Assembly (NCBI RefSeq): GCF_036588685.1
Contig: NC_086378.1
Span: forward strand, 77,686,001-77,750,000
DNA: 64,000 bases
Direction: 5' to 3'
Origin: Mytilus trossulus
Lineage: Eukaryota
The translations under genes and the position numbers were made by a program. Position 1 is the first letter of the stretch. Every line of letters begins with the position of its first letter. The notes below the pieces were generated by a model, which was not told the origin of the DNA, did not search any database, and worked only from the letters and a program-made list of their open reading frames with translations. Shown in pieces: positions 27,401 through 42,400 of this stretch.

Positions 27401-30400
27401 CTAGATTTGTGATCTTTTCATGGGTTTGACTCATTTCCTCTTTGATAGTGTCACAGTTTGCCTTCCTGTATAAGGGGATGTGTCGAGGGTTTTGTTTCCT
27501 AGTTGAGGGCTTGGAGTCTATTTCGCTGAAGACAATGTCGTGGTCTGAAACCCAAGGTATCACTTTGGTGCGCGTGAAGCGTGTTGGATTGTTTGTTATC
27601 ACTAGGTCTAACATGTTATGGCCTCTTGTTGGTTCCTCTACTAGTTGAACAAGTCCATTGTCGTCAAGAATGTCACCAAACTTGTAGTGGTTTTTCTAAA
27701 ATGCTGTTTATGGTTTCAGGGTTCATGTTATCCAGTTCCTGCAAGGGAGATTGAATTCGCCACAAACAATTATTAAGGCATTTTTTGTAGCGTTTACTTT
27801 TTAAAGACTTCGCCCAGTTCTCCAAGATTATCTTCATTTGATGTTTAAGGGTTGTAGTAGGATTCAAGATACAAGTCTTCACTACCAGCTAGATTGATTT
27901 TGGCCCATGCAATCTAACAATTTGTGTGTAGCTTGGGTACAGGTTTGCTTATATGGTCATGATTTATTGCTATAAGCACTCCGTCTCCTTTCATGTTGCG
28001 GTCATTTCTATAGATGTTATACTATGGTGAAAAAATCTGGTTATCTTTTACAGATGAGTTTCTGTTCCTTGGACGATATCTGGTTTATTGCTTTCAACTA
28101 AGTTCTTAATTAATTCTTGCTTTGATTTGATGGACTGAAAATTTTCTTGTAAGCATCTTGATGGTACGCTTTTTGAGTTTTGTTCTGCTTCTTTCTGCCT
28201 GGTATTGATGCGTGGATAGGTTTGATACAGTCAGTTGGAAGTGGATTCTAGACTCTTGTATTTGTACAAGAATACGTGTACTTGCATTGAGTCGATTTCC
28301 ATCCGACCAGCTCATTTAATGCCATGTCCTTTCATGCAAAAAACAAAACTTGTAAAAAGCTATACATACGACACCTGATTCCAACGTAACTTCCTGAAGA
28401 ACAGTTACTGTTGGCGAGAAGTGTTATATTACATAATGCAAGATCTAGCTCACCACCAGTACAGACGACGGTGTATGCAGAAGTTGGCCAATCATTAACG
28501 AAATCAGTAGATTGAATTACCGATGGGTCATTTTTGCTGAAAAATATCATTTAAATTTTCTTAAATATCACTTGTTAATAAATGTTGTGGTCACGATTAA
28601 GTGTCAACTATCCGTATGTCGTTGATACAATCTCATACTGTTATTATGTATTATGTTTTATATTTTCTTTCATGCACACCTCTATAATCGTATATACTAT
28701 ATATCTTTTGTAAAAAAAATATATTGGTGTGATATTGTGTATATGTATCCTTTAAGCGTTAATGCTTTTGGAATAAAGTATTATTATTATCAAAAGCTAT
28801 AAAATCGATGAGTCGGACGTGGTATCACATCTTACATTGTACTTACCGTTATTAAATCGAGAAACGCCATCAATGGAGTGGGAACCATGCATACATGCTC
28901 ATCCTTCCTCAGTATTTTTGTTCGCTCTTAGTTTTTGGAGGGTTTTCTATTACTTAATCTCCAGTTTTCTGTATTGTATTTTGTGAAGTGATGTTTTTTA
29001 TTTCGTTGTTACTGATTTTTGCAATAACTTTATGTGTGTTTCTTCTTCTTTGATTTTTTTATAGCATCATGGGTCCTTCTTCCTTTCTTTCACGTGTATT
29101 ATTTATTATTGAAGATAAGTAAAGTCGAGCTTTTCTACATGTATTGTTTGTTTCGTAGTGGGTACAGATAGATTTTGAATTGTCTAATAGTATTGTCATA
29201 TTGTTTTTTTTTCCCTGTAGACTGAAATTTTGTCATGTTCCTGCAATATTTATGCATCTAGATATTCTGCCTTCTTGAAATAAAATTTAAAAATAGTTGA
29301 CGCAGCCCAGTGATTTATTGATTGACGCTGGATCGTTAACCTGATATTTTGCATTCTGCTATTTTCCTCACAGACAAAAAAAGTACAAAAAACTGATTTT
29401 TAATGACATTTCCCAATTTCTCTTCTCGAACTTGACATTCACAGTTGATATAACATTGTTCTAAAAATAAATTGTAACCAAACACTTTCATGTAAAATTA
29501 TGGTTGTTAATTTGAGCGCAGGAGATCGATGTTGATTCGACAGTTTGTTTTCTAAAAACTAAGATCTTTGAAAAAGTTTTAAAATATTAACTAAAATTCA
29601 CATTATTATAGCTTCTAAATTTTCTTTAGGTTCCTTACAATAATAGATATTATACTAAACAGACCATTAAACAATTAACGTGTTTTATATATCAAAATGA
29701 AAGTGAGACAAATGAGAAAGTTGGAAGAAAAATAAATAGGCGATGAGAATTATTAAAGGAATTTAGATATGTCAAAATGGAACTGTGACACGTCAAAATG
29801 AATAAAAAAATAAAGCATTGAAAACTTTAATCAACTGAGAAATTCCAAATCTTCAGAACGATAAAATATTTCAACATATTTGTTTTGTTAAAATTTACTC
29901 TAGCCATCAAATCTACTAAGTTATCACACAGAATATTAATTGATCATGTACAATAAAACTGTTCACAAGTATAATGTATGTTCTTTACTGCATTGTTTGA
30001 TTTGAGTCGAGATATGATGAATTAAGTTTTAAAGAATAACAAGTATTTCTGACTAAAACTTACTTTTCACATTAGAACATTTTTTAAATATTTTCTCACC
30101 TCACAGGAAATCCAAAATGTCTGCATACAACCTTCGCAGAATTCATTGTAAAGCCACTTTCGCACACTGGCAGCCATGTTACTCCATATGCGATTTCTAA
30201 TCGTCCCTCAGATTTTCCTCGACCACCACTTAGGCGGATTTCGGTAGTTGCACCTTGAAGATATTTAACTCTTTCAATTAGTCTTTTATTAAAAACGGAT
30301 AAATACACATATGTTTCAATTGTCGATATAATAATAATAATAATAAATTCTTTATTCAAAAAGGGTAATCTCAGTTAGTTACAATAAACTAATCTTCCCT

Positions 30401-33400
30401 AAGGCCCTTTTCTTTAAAAAAAAAAAAAAAAAACCCTTTTTTACCCACATCCATTCCCCTTTCACCGATTACGACATCACTAAATGAGACCGATGAACGA
30501 ATGTATCCTCATCATGAACAATATAACAGATGCAGCAGGTTATGCAAGATTTGCCCACACTTCCGGAGCATGAAATCTACACGGTATGTTTTTAGGTATG
30601 TGGTGCTATGCTTTACCGTTTTAGGAATAGAAACTCTGTGATTTGTAGTTATCGTACTTTTTTTTAAGTTGAGATTTTGTGGCATGATTGCCGATTAAAC
30701 GAATCACCACCAGACACCAAACGACACACTTATTATATATTACCAAATGTCTTGGACACGAACAAAACTTATACCGTATATTAAGCGTTTAAATGACAAA
30801 TGAAGATAATTTCAAACGGGAAAATAACGGCTTAATCTAGGTACAAAAATTGTAACGGAAATCAAATATGACAAACATCTACAAACGACAACCACTGAAT
30901 TAAAGGTTTCAGATATTGTTCTGCCACATTAAGAATTTTGCAGGGATAAAGATTTGTTTGGAGAGCGCGCAACCCTCAATTTTAATTGTAAACAAGTTTT
31001 AAAAATACTTCTATTATGTCACTGGTGACCCCATAAATTCCAATTTTTAATTCATGATACATTAATGTGACATATGGCCTTCCGCGAGTAATTTACTCCT
31101 AATATTAACAATACCTAAATCTACCATTCAATCTGAATGCAAAAATATGACCATGTTTTATTGTCTACATAAATACGGGTACGTTTAGTTTGTACAAATG
31201 TTGTAGACATAAGTATCTTTTTTTAAACAATATCAAAATACTATGTCAAAACGTTCTTCATGTTGATTGGTTAAAATTGTGGTTAAAAGTTGCGGCTAAA
31301 GAACTTCACAGTAATGTTCGTTCGTCTTTATTGTACTGGTATTAATACTATACACATGGAAAAAAGTATTGTAACACCAAATTAAAATTCAAATTAAAAA
31401 AATACTTTTTATTTTTTTTGTTAAATAATTTTGTGACATAGAACTAGTTAAACATTATTTAAATATTAACTGAGTTTAATCAATATATATCGACTCTAAC
31501 AGTTCTTATCTGCAGATGCAGCTACTGTACTCGTAAACACCAAAACAGATGTTTTGATCCTCATTGTTTTCAACACTTAAAATAACCCAGTTTATAAATT
31601 TATGTAATTGACACCTTGTAATTGGTCATCCACAACTCATAACTGCAGCAAGATGGCAGATATCCAGCATGAGGGAAGCAGGTATGTCGGTGTGATAATT
31701 GCACGTATTTTTGATCATAGATATAGGAAAATGTTGTGTGAGTGCCAATGAGACAACTCTCCATCCAAAGAACAATTTAAAAAGTAAACCATTATAGGTT
31801 AAAGTACGGCCTTCAACACGGAGCCTTGGCTCACACCGAACAACAAGCTATAAAGGGCCCCAAAATTACGAGTGTAAAACCATTCAAACGGGAAAATCAA
31901 CGGTCTAATCTATATAAACAAAACGAGAAACACGTATATATTACATAAACAAACGACAACTACTGTACATCAGATTCTCCATTCCACTATAAGTCGTTTT
32001 GAGAAAAAACAATCAAGCAAGAAACGATTTTAAAGACCTTCCGAGGTCAAGAAGACCCCCTTTAACATCTGCTGGTGGCAATAAAGCAAAATGAAGGTCG
32101 GTCAGAAGGAAACCCATTGCAAACAATACAATCCAAAAACGAGAACGATGACCATACAGGAGCCTTTAAACAAGAACTGTTCGAGATCGGCTCATCGCTA
32201 CTGGTTATCGTGCGATAATACCATTTCGGGAACCTTTGCCTATGAACAGACACACAGATGCCCGTATCCAATATAGTGCAGGGCTCGCCAAAGTTGGAAA
32301 TTAACGTCGTGGAGGAAGATCCATTGTTCCAATTGAATTCGGTTTATCTTTCTTGGCCCAACCGTAGCCCGAATTTGAACAATACCGAGCATATATGGGA
32401 CACTTTTGGGCATAAAGTGCACGAAAGGACACCCCAGTTCAAACAGGTCATGAAATAAACAATACCCTTTGTCAAGAATGGTTGCTGCTAGCTTAGCAAC
32501 AAATGAGTCGACTTATGGCAGGAATCAGAAGACGTTAAGATGTTGTTATCCGTTTGAATGGAAGCTGCGCACAAAGTACTTATTCTTTGGCGTATAACGA
32601 TCCACCACGATGTGAACAATCATCGAAAAGTTAATTTTGAAATGTCTGACATTGTAAAGTTCGACTTGTAAAATGCATTTTTTTGTACAAAAAACACTTC
32701 ATTTTGTTATAAAAATTTTGGTTCGATAAAACTTTTTTTTTCATACATTTTTTGTTCGTTTTAAAGCCAATGTTATCATTAACTATGTTTTAATATTATT
32801 TTACAAATATTTTATCATATTCCATCCAAAAAAAGAGACTGATTTTTCAAGTTTTAAAAAATCAAGGTGTTGCAATTCTTTTTTCCATGTGTATATATTA
32901 AGATATTGCTATAATTATATATGGTGTTTTAACTGACTAATCGAAAACAAATTGGGTAGAAAGTAATTAAAGTAATCAAAATAATAAAAAACAAGAATGT
33001 GTCCATAGTGCACGGATGCCCCACTCGCACTATCATTTTCTGTGTTCAGTGGACCGTGAAAATTGGGGTCAGAACTTTAATTTGGAATTAGAATTAGAAA
33101 AGTCATGTCATAGGGAACATGTGTACTAAGTTTCAAGTTGATGTAACTTTAACTTCATCAAAAACTACCTTGACCAAAAACTTTAACCTGAACTTCGCAC
33201 TATCATTTTCTATGTTCAGTGGACCATGTAATTGGGGTCAAAACTATAATTTGGCATTAAAATTAGAAAGATAATATCATGGGGAACATGTGTACTAAGT
33301 TTCAAATTGATTGGACTTCAACTTCATCAAAAACTACCTCGACCAAAAACTTTAACCTGAAGCGGGACGAACGGACGTACAGACGGATACACAGACGGAC

Positions 33401-36400
33401 GCACAGACGAACGAAATAACGGAGGCACAGACCAGAAAACATAATGCCCCTCTACTATCGTAGGTTGGGCATAATTACCACATGTCATAGCAATGTCTTG
33501 AGCGTGTGTACAGTGACCTGTGTGTCCCCATCCACCAAATTTACAAAGAGCTATGTCAACTTCATCTCCGCTGCACGTAAGATTTCCCATCCAGATAGGT
33601 CCGAATCCAGGCTTGATCTTTGATATTGGAATTACTGCTGGATTGCTATGGAATAACAATAATACAAATAGCGTTTTCAGTTTAGTTTGAACCTACGGAT
33701 GTACTTAGGTGAGGTTTTAGAAATTGGTATTTTCCATCAATACAGGGTAAAAAAAATGCCCTATAACACCCATTTTTGTGTTTATGAAAGATCTTAATAA
33801 CTCTAAATTTTTTTAGCGATTTCTTAATTTTTTTCCTTTTGATTTGAGAACCAAATAATACCAATGCAAATGTAAGGCAGAAGTCCGGATCAGCCTTTCC
33901 CCGCTTTATTTACAAACTCAAATATCTCGAAAAGGAGGTCCATGACCTATCAATATTTTTAGCTTATTTTGTTCCTTAACTGGTGCTCTTTCAAAATAGA
34001 GTATCAATTTTAATTTCTTGGTTTTTTTTTAATTAAATTTCAAGTACATCCTTAATCTATTGTTCGAAATTGAAGTCGGGTTTGGTACACGTGTTTGGAC
34101 TGAGTAACGTCTTCCCCAGTTTTAATTCGAAAAAGTGTAAAACTGTAAAAGCAGATGAAAACACTTGAACTGCCGTGTTGTTATTTTGAATATTTCCTGC
34201 TCTGATTAGAAATGCTTTGCTTCGAAGTGATTTTTTCATTGTGAGTTATTTCCCTGCAAACCCTTTTCCATGTTAAAAACAATTTTTTATTATGGGAAAA
34301 TATCTGGCGCTAAAGAAGTTTTTTGCCAATCAGAAACCAATTTATAGTGTGGGAAATGTGACGGAATCGTTGATAACTTGGTACCATTTCCTTTAGTCTA
34401 TTTAACTAATATTTAGAATCAAGTTATTTTAAATTTTCCAAAACATTTCATAATTTGAAAACTCATTTGATCGACGGATCTCATAAAAGTGCAAATTTAT
34501 AATTCAAATTTTAGAAATTCATCTGTGATAAAATTCATTTGTTGTAGTATTCATTTGCACGTCACAATTATTTAAGTTGTATAAAATATTCAATGTTAAT
34601 TTAGCCCATTTCAATCTCTTGGTTTTTACACTGCATCCACTGAATCAAAATGACTTCATAAATAGATACTTTATTAGCATAACTTTATATGTTCAAACTT
34701 CAGTGATGTTTGATTGTAGAAATTCCATTTCTGATATTTTCTCATGATTTAAAAGATAAGAAATTACAAACCTTTGTTGATATCCTAACATTTTACAAAT
34801 AACAACTGCGTCTGATTCATCAAATGCACTGTCGCAAACGGTTCCCCATTCGCCATTGTGAAACACTTCAAGTCTGCCTTCAAACGGTCCACTACCACCT
34901 ACTAATCTCACATCCGTTGCTAATAGATGTCAAATATTTATAATTGCTGTCATAATTTAAAATAATAACTTCAGTATATGACATATATCAATGGAATAAT
35001 TTTGAAATACATTAAGACTAAATACAGGGATGAATGAACATGAATATGTTCTAATTGTTTCGCTTACACATGATTGTTAAAATAATAGCATTCTATGCGA
35101 CTGTCATACAAGTGAAATATTTAACTAGCTATACTATCCGGTTTAATTCACTGTTTTCTGCAAATGCTTGTACCAGGTCAGAGACATGACAGTTTTTCCC
35201 CATTAGTTTGATTGTTTGAGATTTTGATTTTGCCACCTGATCTGAAGTAATTTTCTTTATTGATTTATTTTGGGAGCTCGGTATATTTTTCTTTTTCTTT
35301 TCACTAAGCAAAATATTTATTTAGTTATGATATCATATCTTCAAGAAAGTATTACGTTCGTATCTTAAAGAGTACACGTAACATTTAATCACACTATATA
35401 AAATGCCTCATTATATGTGGATTTAATTTTTATGGTGATTCTTAAATATACACTTCAAAAACAAGGTTTGGGATGAACGTATCATAACTATCTTACTGCA
35501 GTCAATGCCCACGTCTTCCGAATGTTTACAATCTGTAACTCCCCATGCAGAATGAGAACACTCCTCTATATCACTTTCATTTCCTGCACATTCAATATTC
35601 TTCAAATATATGGATCCACTTCCATAGGCAAAATGTGGAGCATAGATGACGTGTGGATTCCTGTATAAAGAATTATTTCTAATAGATAATGAAATGTCAG
35701 TCATGTAACTAACGATGACATTGTATATGTGTGAGTGTTAACGTTAACTCCCTTAGTTGTCTGATCACACACTTATAGCAGTTTCAACATTAAAAATATC
35801 AAACGTATTTACATTAGTTAAATCAAATAGTAAATGAATATCAAAACAATGAAGAAGTGAATACAACGACTAAGCCCTTGATACCATGTTTGCCTTGCAA
35901 TTCCCTTCATTTTTTCAATCGAAACAATAACATATATGTAAATTTGGTATTAATAGAAAACTAAATTTAAAAGCAATGTATATATATTGTTTTCTTTTTG
36001 TTTCATGCAGGCATTTTAAAAATTGAGATGCAGTTTATAATAGATACAAAGTGTTAATAGACACTTATGCATTTTAAAAATGTATGGTTTAGGCCAATAA
36101 TAGAAAACGATAGCACTACAGACATATATGTTGTCTATAGAGGTAGACATACAGTCTCCATCAAGAATTGATCTAAACGAAACACTATTTTCAACTCCAA
36201 TAAATTCCTGAATAAATGACAATGACAATGGACAAAAATGAGACAAAAGAGACATTTTATCAAAGCGAACTAATAGTTTGAAAAATCATTTCTAAACTTT
36301 AATGAAACCTTAAAATGTTGAAAGAAATTAAGTTTGAAACTATTGGCACATACGTGTTATTATATCCAAGCATTGTACAAATTACAGCAGCGTCTGGAAT

Positions 36401-39400
36401 ATCAAAGCCATCATCGCATATAGTTCCCCATTCACCGTTATGCAACAGTTCGACACGTCCACTCGAGCTATCAGGTCCATCGACTAGTCTTGCAAAGGTA
36501 TCTGTTTAAAAAGACACACAAGCATCGATAGTGAAAATTGAGGATTATACCGCACCTAAAACAATATTAATAATGTTATAATTTGAGAATGCAAATAGGT
36601 AATGTGACAAAGATACAATAACCTGACCAAAGAGCAGTACACATACTAAGGCTGAGAATATTATAAGTTATCTACGTTCATATCCGTAGATATGGGTATT
36701 TTAACACCATGAAGTACCCCAGTACACCATGAGGCGAAGCCGAAGGGTGTACATGGTACGTATACTGAAGGGTGTTAAAATACCCATATCTACGAATATG
36801 AACGTAGATAACGAATTCATCCCCGGTCTTAGTCCCAATCGGTCGAGTTTTATGCAAATTCGGGTACATAGTGTAACGTGAAAACAACGTGTTTTTCATA
36901 ATCTAAAAAAAGTTTAATTGAAATTTAGAAATTTTACATTTTTTTTACGGGGTGTAGGGTACTACCTTTGGTAGAACCCTACAAATAGTCAAATATAAGA
37001 CTTTTTAATACGGAAACAGAGAAACTTGATTGAGTCAAATTTGGCGCTCAATGTTGTAAGAGTTACGTCATAGATGGTGTGACGACAACATGGGTCATTT
37101 GCATAGCTAGGTCTGTAGTCCCATTCCTTGAAAATGTGGCAATTATGTGATGCATTTAATAAAATGAGTGTAAATGATCGGCATAATAGAACAAAATCGT
37201 TAATGAATTGAATATTTAATTACAAACATCATGAATAATCTACAGAATTCGTTTTTTTCACAATGAGCAATCATAGAACTAAGGAAAACTTGCGTGAAGT
37301 TCCCCAGGATAATGGTTAGCAACGTCCGGGGATATGGGTTAGCAACACCCAGGGGCTATGGGTTTTGTAACGACGTGCGTTAACCAATCAAATTCCTAGA
37401 TATATACTAAGCCGGGGATAAGTGGTTTTTAATCTGTACCAATGAGCAGAACGTTTATGCTGTATCATATATGCTACATGTATATACAAAAATTTAGTCT
37501 AAAACCCCTATTCATAGTCCTTAAATACAAGACAAAAGTTGTCAACTTCCAGTAAGTAAAAAGTCTACGTTTTTATAGACGTATAGGAGATATGAGATTT
37601 GAATCGTCTTTGTTTACTTTACTAATACAAGAAAATAGATTTACAGTTTTGATAAATTTGGAAATTTGAAAACAGGAGATTGCCTTTGCTGAAAATAAGG
37701 CTTTTACTTTGCAAATAAAAAGCAAATAACTTGTTCATTAAAAACTGTAATTCAAGAAAAGGTTATCCATGATGAAACATTAATAATGTGTGCCTTTTAT
37801 GTTGTGTTTTCATTTGAATTTCATCATTTTGTTTTTGAACTTGTACGAACCACACAATAATGAAACGTCCTGATCGTGATTGCAGTCTGAATGACCCCAT
37901 CCATTTGAAGAACAATTGGATATGTCAGTCTCATTTCCCGTGCATCCAAGATTTTCTAATAAGATCAATTCATTTCCAGATCCAAAATATGGAGTTGGCA
38001 CCACATAGGGATACCTGTCAGAATAATGAATCCAAAAGATTAAATACACTTTAATGTTAAACTAGGATTGCACATTAATTAAATCCCCAATTATTAATCA
38101 CTTTATAGAACGTGTTTGCAGCTACATAATTTAAAACAAAGATTGAAATAATTCCAAAGAGATTTTCAAACTTACTTGTCAATGACCAAATGACAACGCC
38201 TTGGCAAAAACAAACGGAAGCGACGGAAAATACAATAGCATCCCACCCGACCCAAGAGCATACTGAAAAGACTACAGACCCCAAAAAAATCGAGACTCTG
38301 TCAGTCGAGATCCTGGAGGTTATATAAGAAATAATTGCGATAAATATTTTTTTTTATAAAATACTGAGGATTCGTTATTATTCGTTGGAAACCAATGTTC
38401 GAGAAAATAGTTGTCACAGGGAAATTACAAATTTTAATGTTCAACGAATTACTTTGCTGTATGATTATTTGAAAAATGAAGAACACTTGAAAAGAGAAAA
38501 CGAACGGCCTAATTAATGTACAAAACTATAAACGAAAAAACAAATATGTAATACAGCAACAAACGGCAACCACCGAATAACAGGCTCCTGACTTGGGATA
38601 GGGACATACATACATACCATGGCGGATTTAACCTGATAGCGGGGTTCCAACCTTCCACCATCCGGGGACAATGGTACAACATAAGAACGTACTTTTGTTA
38701 TGTCGCTTTTAATGTTTCTTTGGACAAATGTAACACTAATCTCAAGCTTTTATTTATGCTTAAATAATGCTACAACAGGGCCCCCAAAATATACTAGTTT
38801 GACTGTGGTCAACGGTGTCTTAGAGAGTCTTTATAACGTCAAACATACTTAACGTATGATTGCATACCATTGATCATTTCTCTCTCCTTCTGTCAGTCAG
38901 CCCATTTGATAATATTCCCCCTCATCAACTAGAATATTGATGACATTTCTAACAGGAATTCACTGGATTTATGTATTACCATTTGTAAGATATACCCAGT
39001 GAGTTGCCTCGTTAAAAAACACTTTTTAAAAATGGTACAGAGTTCAAGCAAAAACTTACTTTGCATCAAAGCCTAAGCTTTTACATACAACAGTCGCATC
39101 TTTGATGTCGAAGTTTTTGTTGCAAACTGTACCCCATACATTATTATGGTAAACTTCTAGGCGTCCTGAGGTCAAACGAGTTCCATTGACAAGTCTTAAT
39201 GGTGTTCGACCTAAAATTAATAGTATTTGTATATAGTAGTATTTTCTAATTATAAACTATTGTTGCTTCATCTGGTTTCATTTCGCTCGGATGTCATTCT
39301 TTCTTATTGTTATTTAGTCTTAGCCGTTCATAGAACATGATCAAAAACATTTTTCAGCTTAAATAAAAAGTTATGAGGGATTGTTTTTTTAAAATACGCG

Positions 39401-42400
39401 ACTTCTACAAACATTGAGGTTTTATCTACAGAATCTACACGCGTCACCTTATTTTGCTAAATTTTGTTAGTTAATCGAAACAAATTGATTTTGAAGTTTG
39501 CGAATTATTTTATATGAAGCAACGACTGTAGAGTTTGATTTATTTTAGTTTCAGGAACAATGCGAACCTAACTCTGATTTTATAATGGTTGCATATTGTT
39601 ACTTACCACAAGAAATGCTAACATCGTCACTATGTTGACAGTTATGTTGTCCCCACCCTGAAAAGTTACAGGCTGCAATGTGTGTTTCCATCCCAGTACA
39701 ATGTATATCATCCATCATTATACTTAATGAGCTTGGTTTGAAGTAGGAAGGTGGAAGAATTGTCACATTGCTGCAATATGAGATTGATTATGAACATTTA
39801 TCTCTAACAAACTTATACGAAACATCTTATTAGTGTAATTACCTATTAATGAGTTTAGATTGTAGTTTAAATTATTCGAAAGTATTCAATTGAGTACTGT
39901 ATAGGAAGTTTCCAGCCGATTTCATATGTTGTTGATGTGTACAGGTAAAACAAATTAATACAAACCTCTGAACTAAGAAAAAAGAAATACCCTCTATCAG
40001 TAAAATACATATATGTTTTCATAATTTAGCCTCAGAAAATATTATTCAATCACAGAAAAATGCTTTTGCCAAACGTTTGGCAAAGGAACTAATGTATGAC
40101 AAACCTCCCTTAAAACATCTTATTTTTTCTGGTTAAACAACTGTTCCAGGTTAGAGGAAGGGTTGGAATCCCGCTAATATGCTTAACTCCGTCAAATTAT
40201 GTATGTATGTGCTTGCCTGAAATCAGGGGCTTATAATTCAGTGGCTGTTATTTGTTGCTGTTGCTGTTGCAAATTTGTTTTTCGTTTAATTTTTATCAAT
40301 AAAAAAGAGGCGCGAAAGATACCAGTAAAACTCATAGATAAAACAAAACTGACGACGCCGTGACTAAAAAAAATGCCGTAAGTTTTCTCGTTTGAATTGT
40401 TTAACTTTTGTTTCTTTGGGCCCTTTATAGCTGACAATGCGACATTTAGAAAGTTAGGACAGAATTATGATGCCTATTAAACCATTATTCTCAGTCTGTA
40501 CCTAAAGGTTGCACAGACGACCACGATGGAATTAAGGACCACTGTGTCTAGCTTTTGCAACATAAATGTCACAGTACAGAATCGACAAAAATTATAAAAC
40601 TTAATGTATTTATAACATTTGTTTAGTTACAGTTCAAGTTTTTTTTGTTTAATGTTTAAGTTTCTTCCCACAGTCCGTCCAGCTATCTCACATATTATCA
40701 ATTATTTACACACAGTTGTATTTGTTTTGTTATGTACACGGTTTAATACCTACTTTGTTTCATATCCAAGCATTCTACATATGACCTTAGCATTTTGTAC
40801 TGTAAATCCATCATTACAAATTGTACCCCACTGGTCCTCATGATAAACTTCAACACGTCCCTCATTTGGAACAAGGCCCTCTGTGAGACGCACTCCGATG
40901 CCTTTTAACAAACAGTAACTTCATTAAAACCAACAATCGCAAAACGAAATATAAGAATATATTATGTTTGATAAAATAAGTACACAAATGGTCTGCTATT
41001 TTTCTACCATGCCAAATATTTTTCTGCACAACTAGTTAGCTTTTCGTCAACAACAGCCTTAAAATTCAAACGTTCATGTTGATAGAGATAAACTCTACCA
41101 AGTGCAAGTCAGATGCAGTATGTAATTTCAATATAAAGCAACTAATCATCGAATTGTTACCTCCAATCAGTTTTCAAATATCCTCAAAGCTTTTAAATTT
41201 CTCATACAAGTATCATTATTTGATTTTTTAAATGTTCCTTTCCTGAATTTTTTTTGGACAATATGCCTACCGCAACCTATATTCATGTATTTAGACGACT
41301 GACATCCGCCCTTTCCCCATCCAGGGAATGGACAAGCAGCAATGTCATCTTCAGTTCCATAACAACCGAGTTTGGACATCCAGGCGCTGCCAGAGCCGTG
41401 TGTATAGTTTTGACTCCATATCCTAGGATTTCTGAAAATTTAGAATAGACCAAAAACAGTTTAGCTATGTTTCAACAAGACATATGGGCAATAAGAACCT
41501 ATTGCTTAACAAACAGTCGTAAACAGTCAAGTAAAACTGTTCCATATGTCAATATCTTAATCCTGTCGAGTCGAAAAACTGCGAATTTTTACAACAAAGT
41601 GTATCAAAATATGTTCTCAACTACAAAGAAGCAGAAGTAGTTTAACGATGTAAAAATCCTGGAAATCGAGTATAGAAGATATTTTTATCCTTTCGAGTCG
41701 GAAAACTGTGAATTTTACAACTAAGGGTATCAAAGTAGGTTCTCAACTACAAAGACAATAACAATCAAAACCATGGAGTTAACAAACACTCACAAAACCA
41801 AAGGTTATTTACATTAACAGTTATAAATAATGATTAAAAAACAACACGAACTCCACTAAAAATCGGGAGTGAAATCAGGTGCTCCGGACGGTTAAGCATT
41901 TCCTGCACCGTATACGGCACCCGTCGTGTTATATTTTGTTCAGTTCTGTAATGATGGAAGGTTATATGACTGAGGAAGAATATCAGATATGATTTCTGAC
42001 ACAATTTTGTCATAATGGCCAATCAGCTCATTAAACCGTAAAATTTCTTGAGTGATGACCCTAATTTGATTGATTCATAGCCCAGTCTTAGCATCTTTTG
42101 AGAAAGAAATAGTTCTCGTTCAACAAAATCAACGTACTTTGAGTAATGTATCAATTTGAGACACATATACTCCATATGCTGGTGACGCTGGCATGTTGCT
42201 ACACAAAAATCGAAAGTTGACTATAAGAAAATTAAAATCATGGCGTTTGTCATAAATTCTGGTATTCAACCTACCATCAGAAGTCATTTCGAGAAAAAAG
42301 GTCTAAATATAAAGCAGATTTATATGTGTCGGTAGTATCTTTAATTTCAAGTTCACTTGGATATTTTAAATGTAAGTGATCACTGAATATATTACTATTA

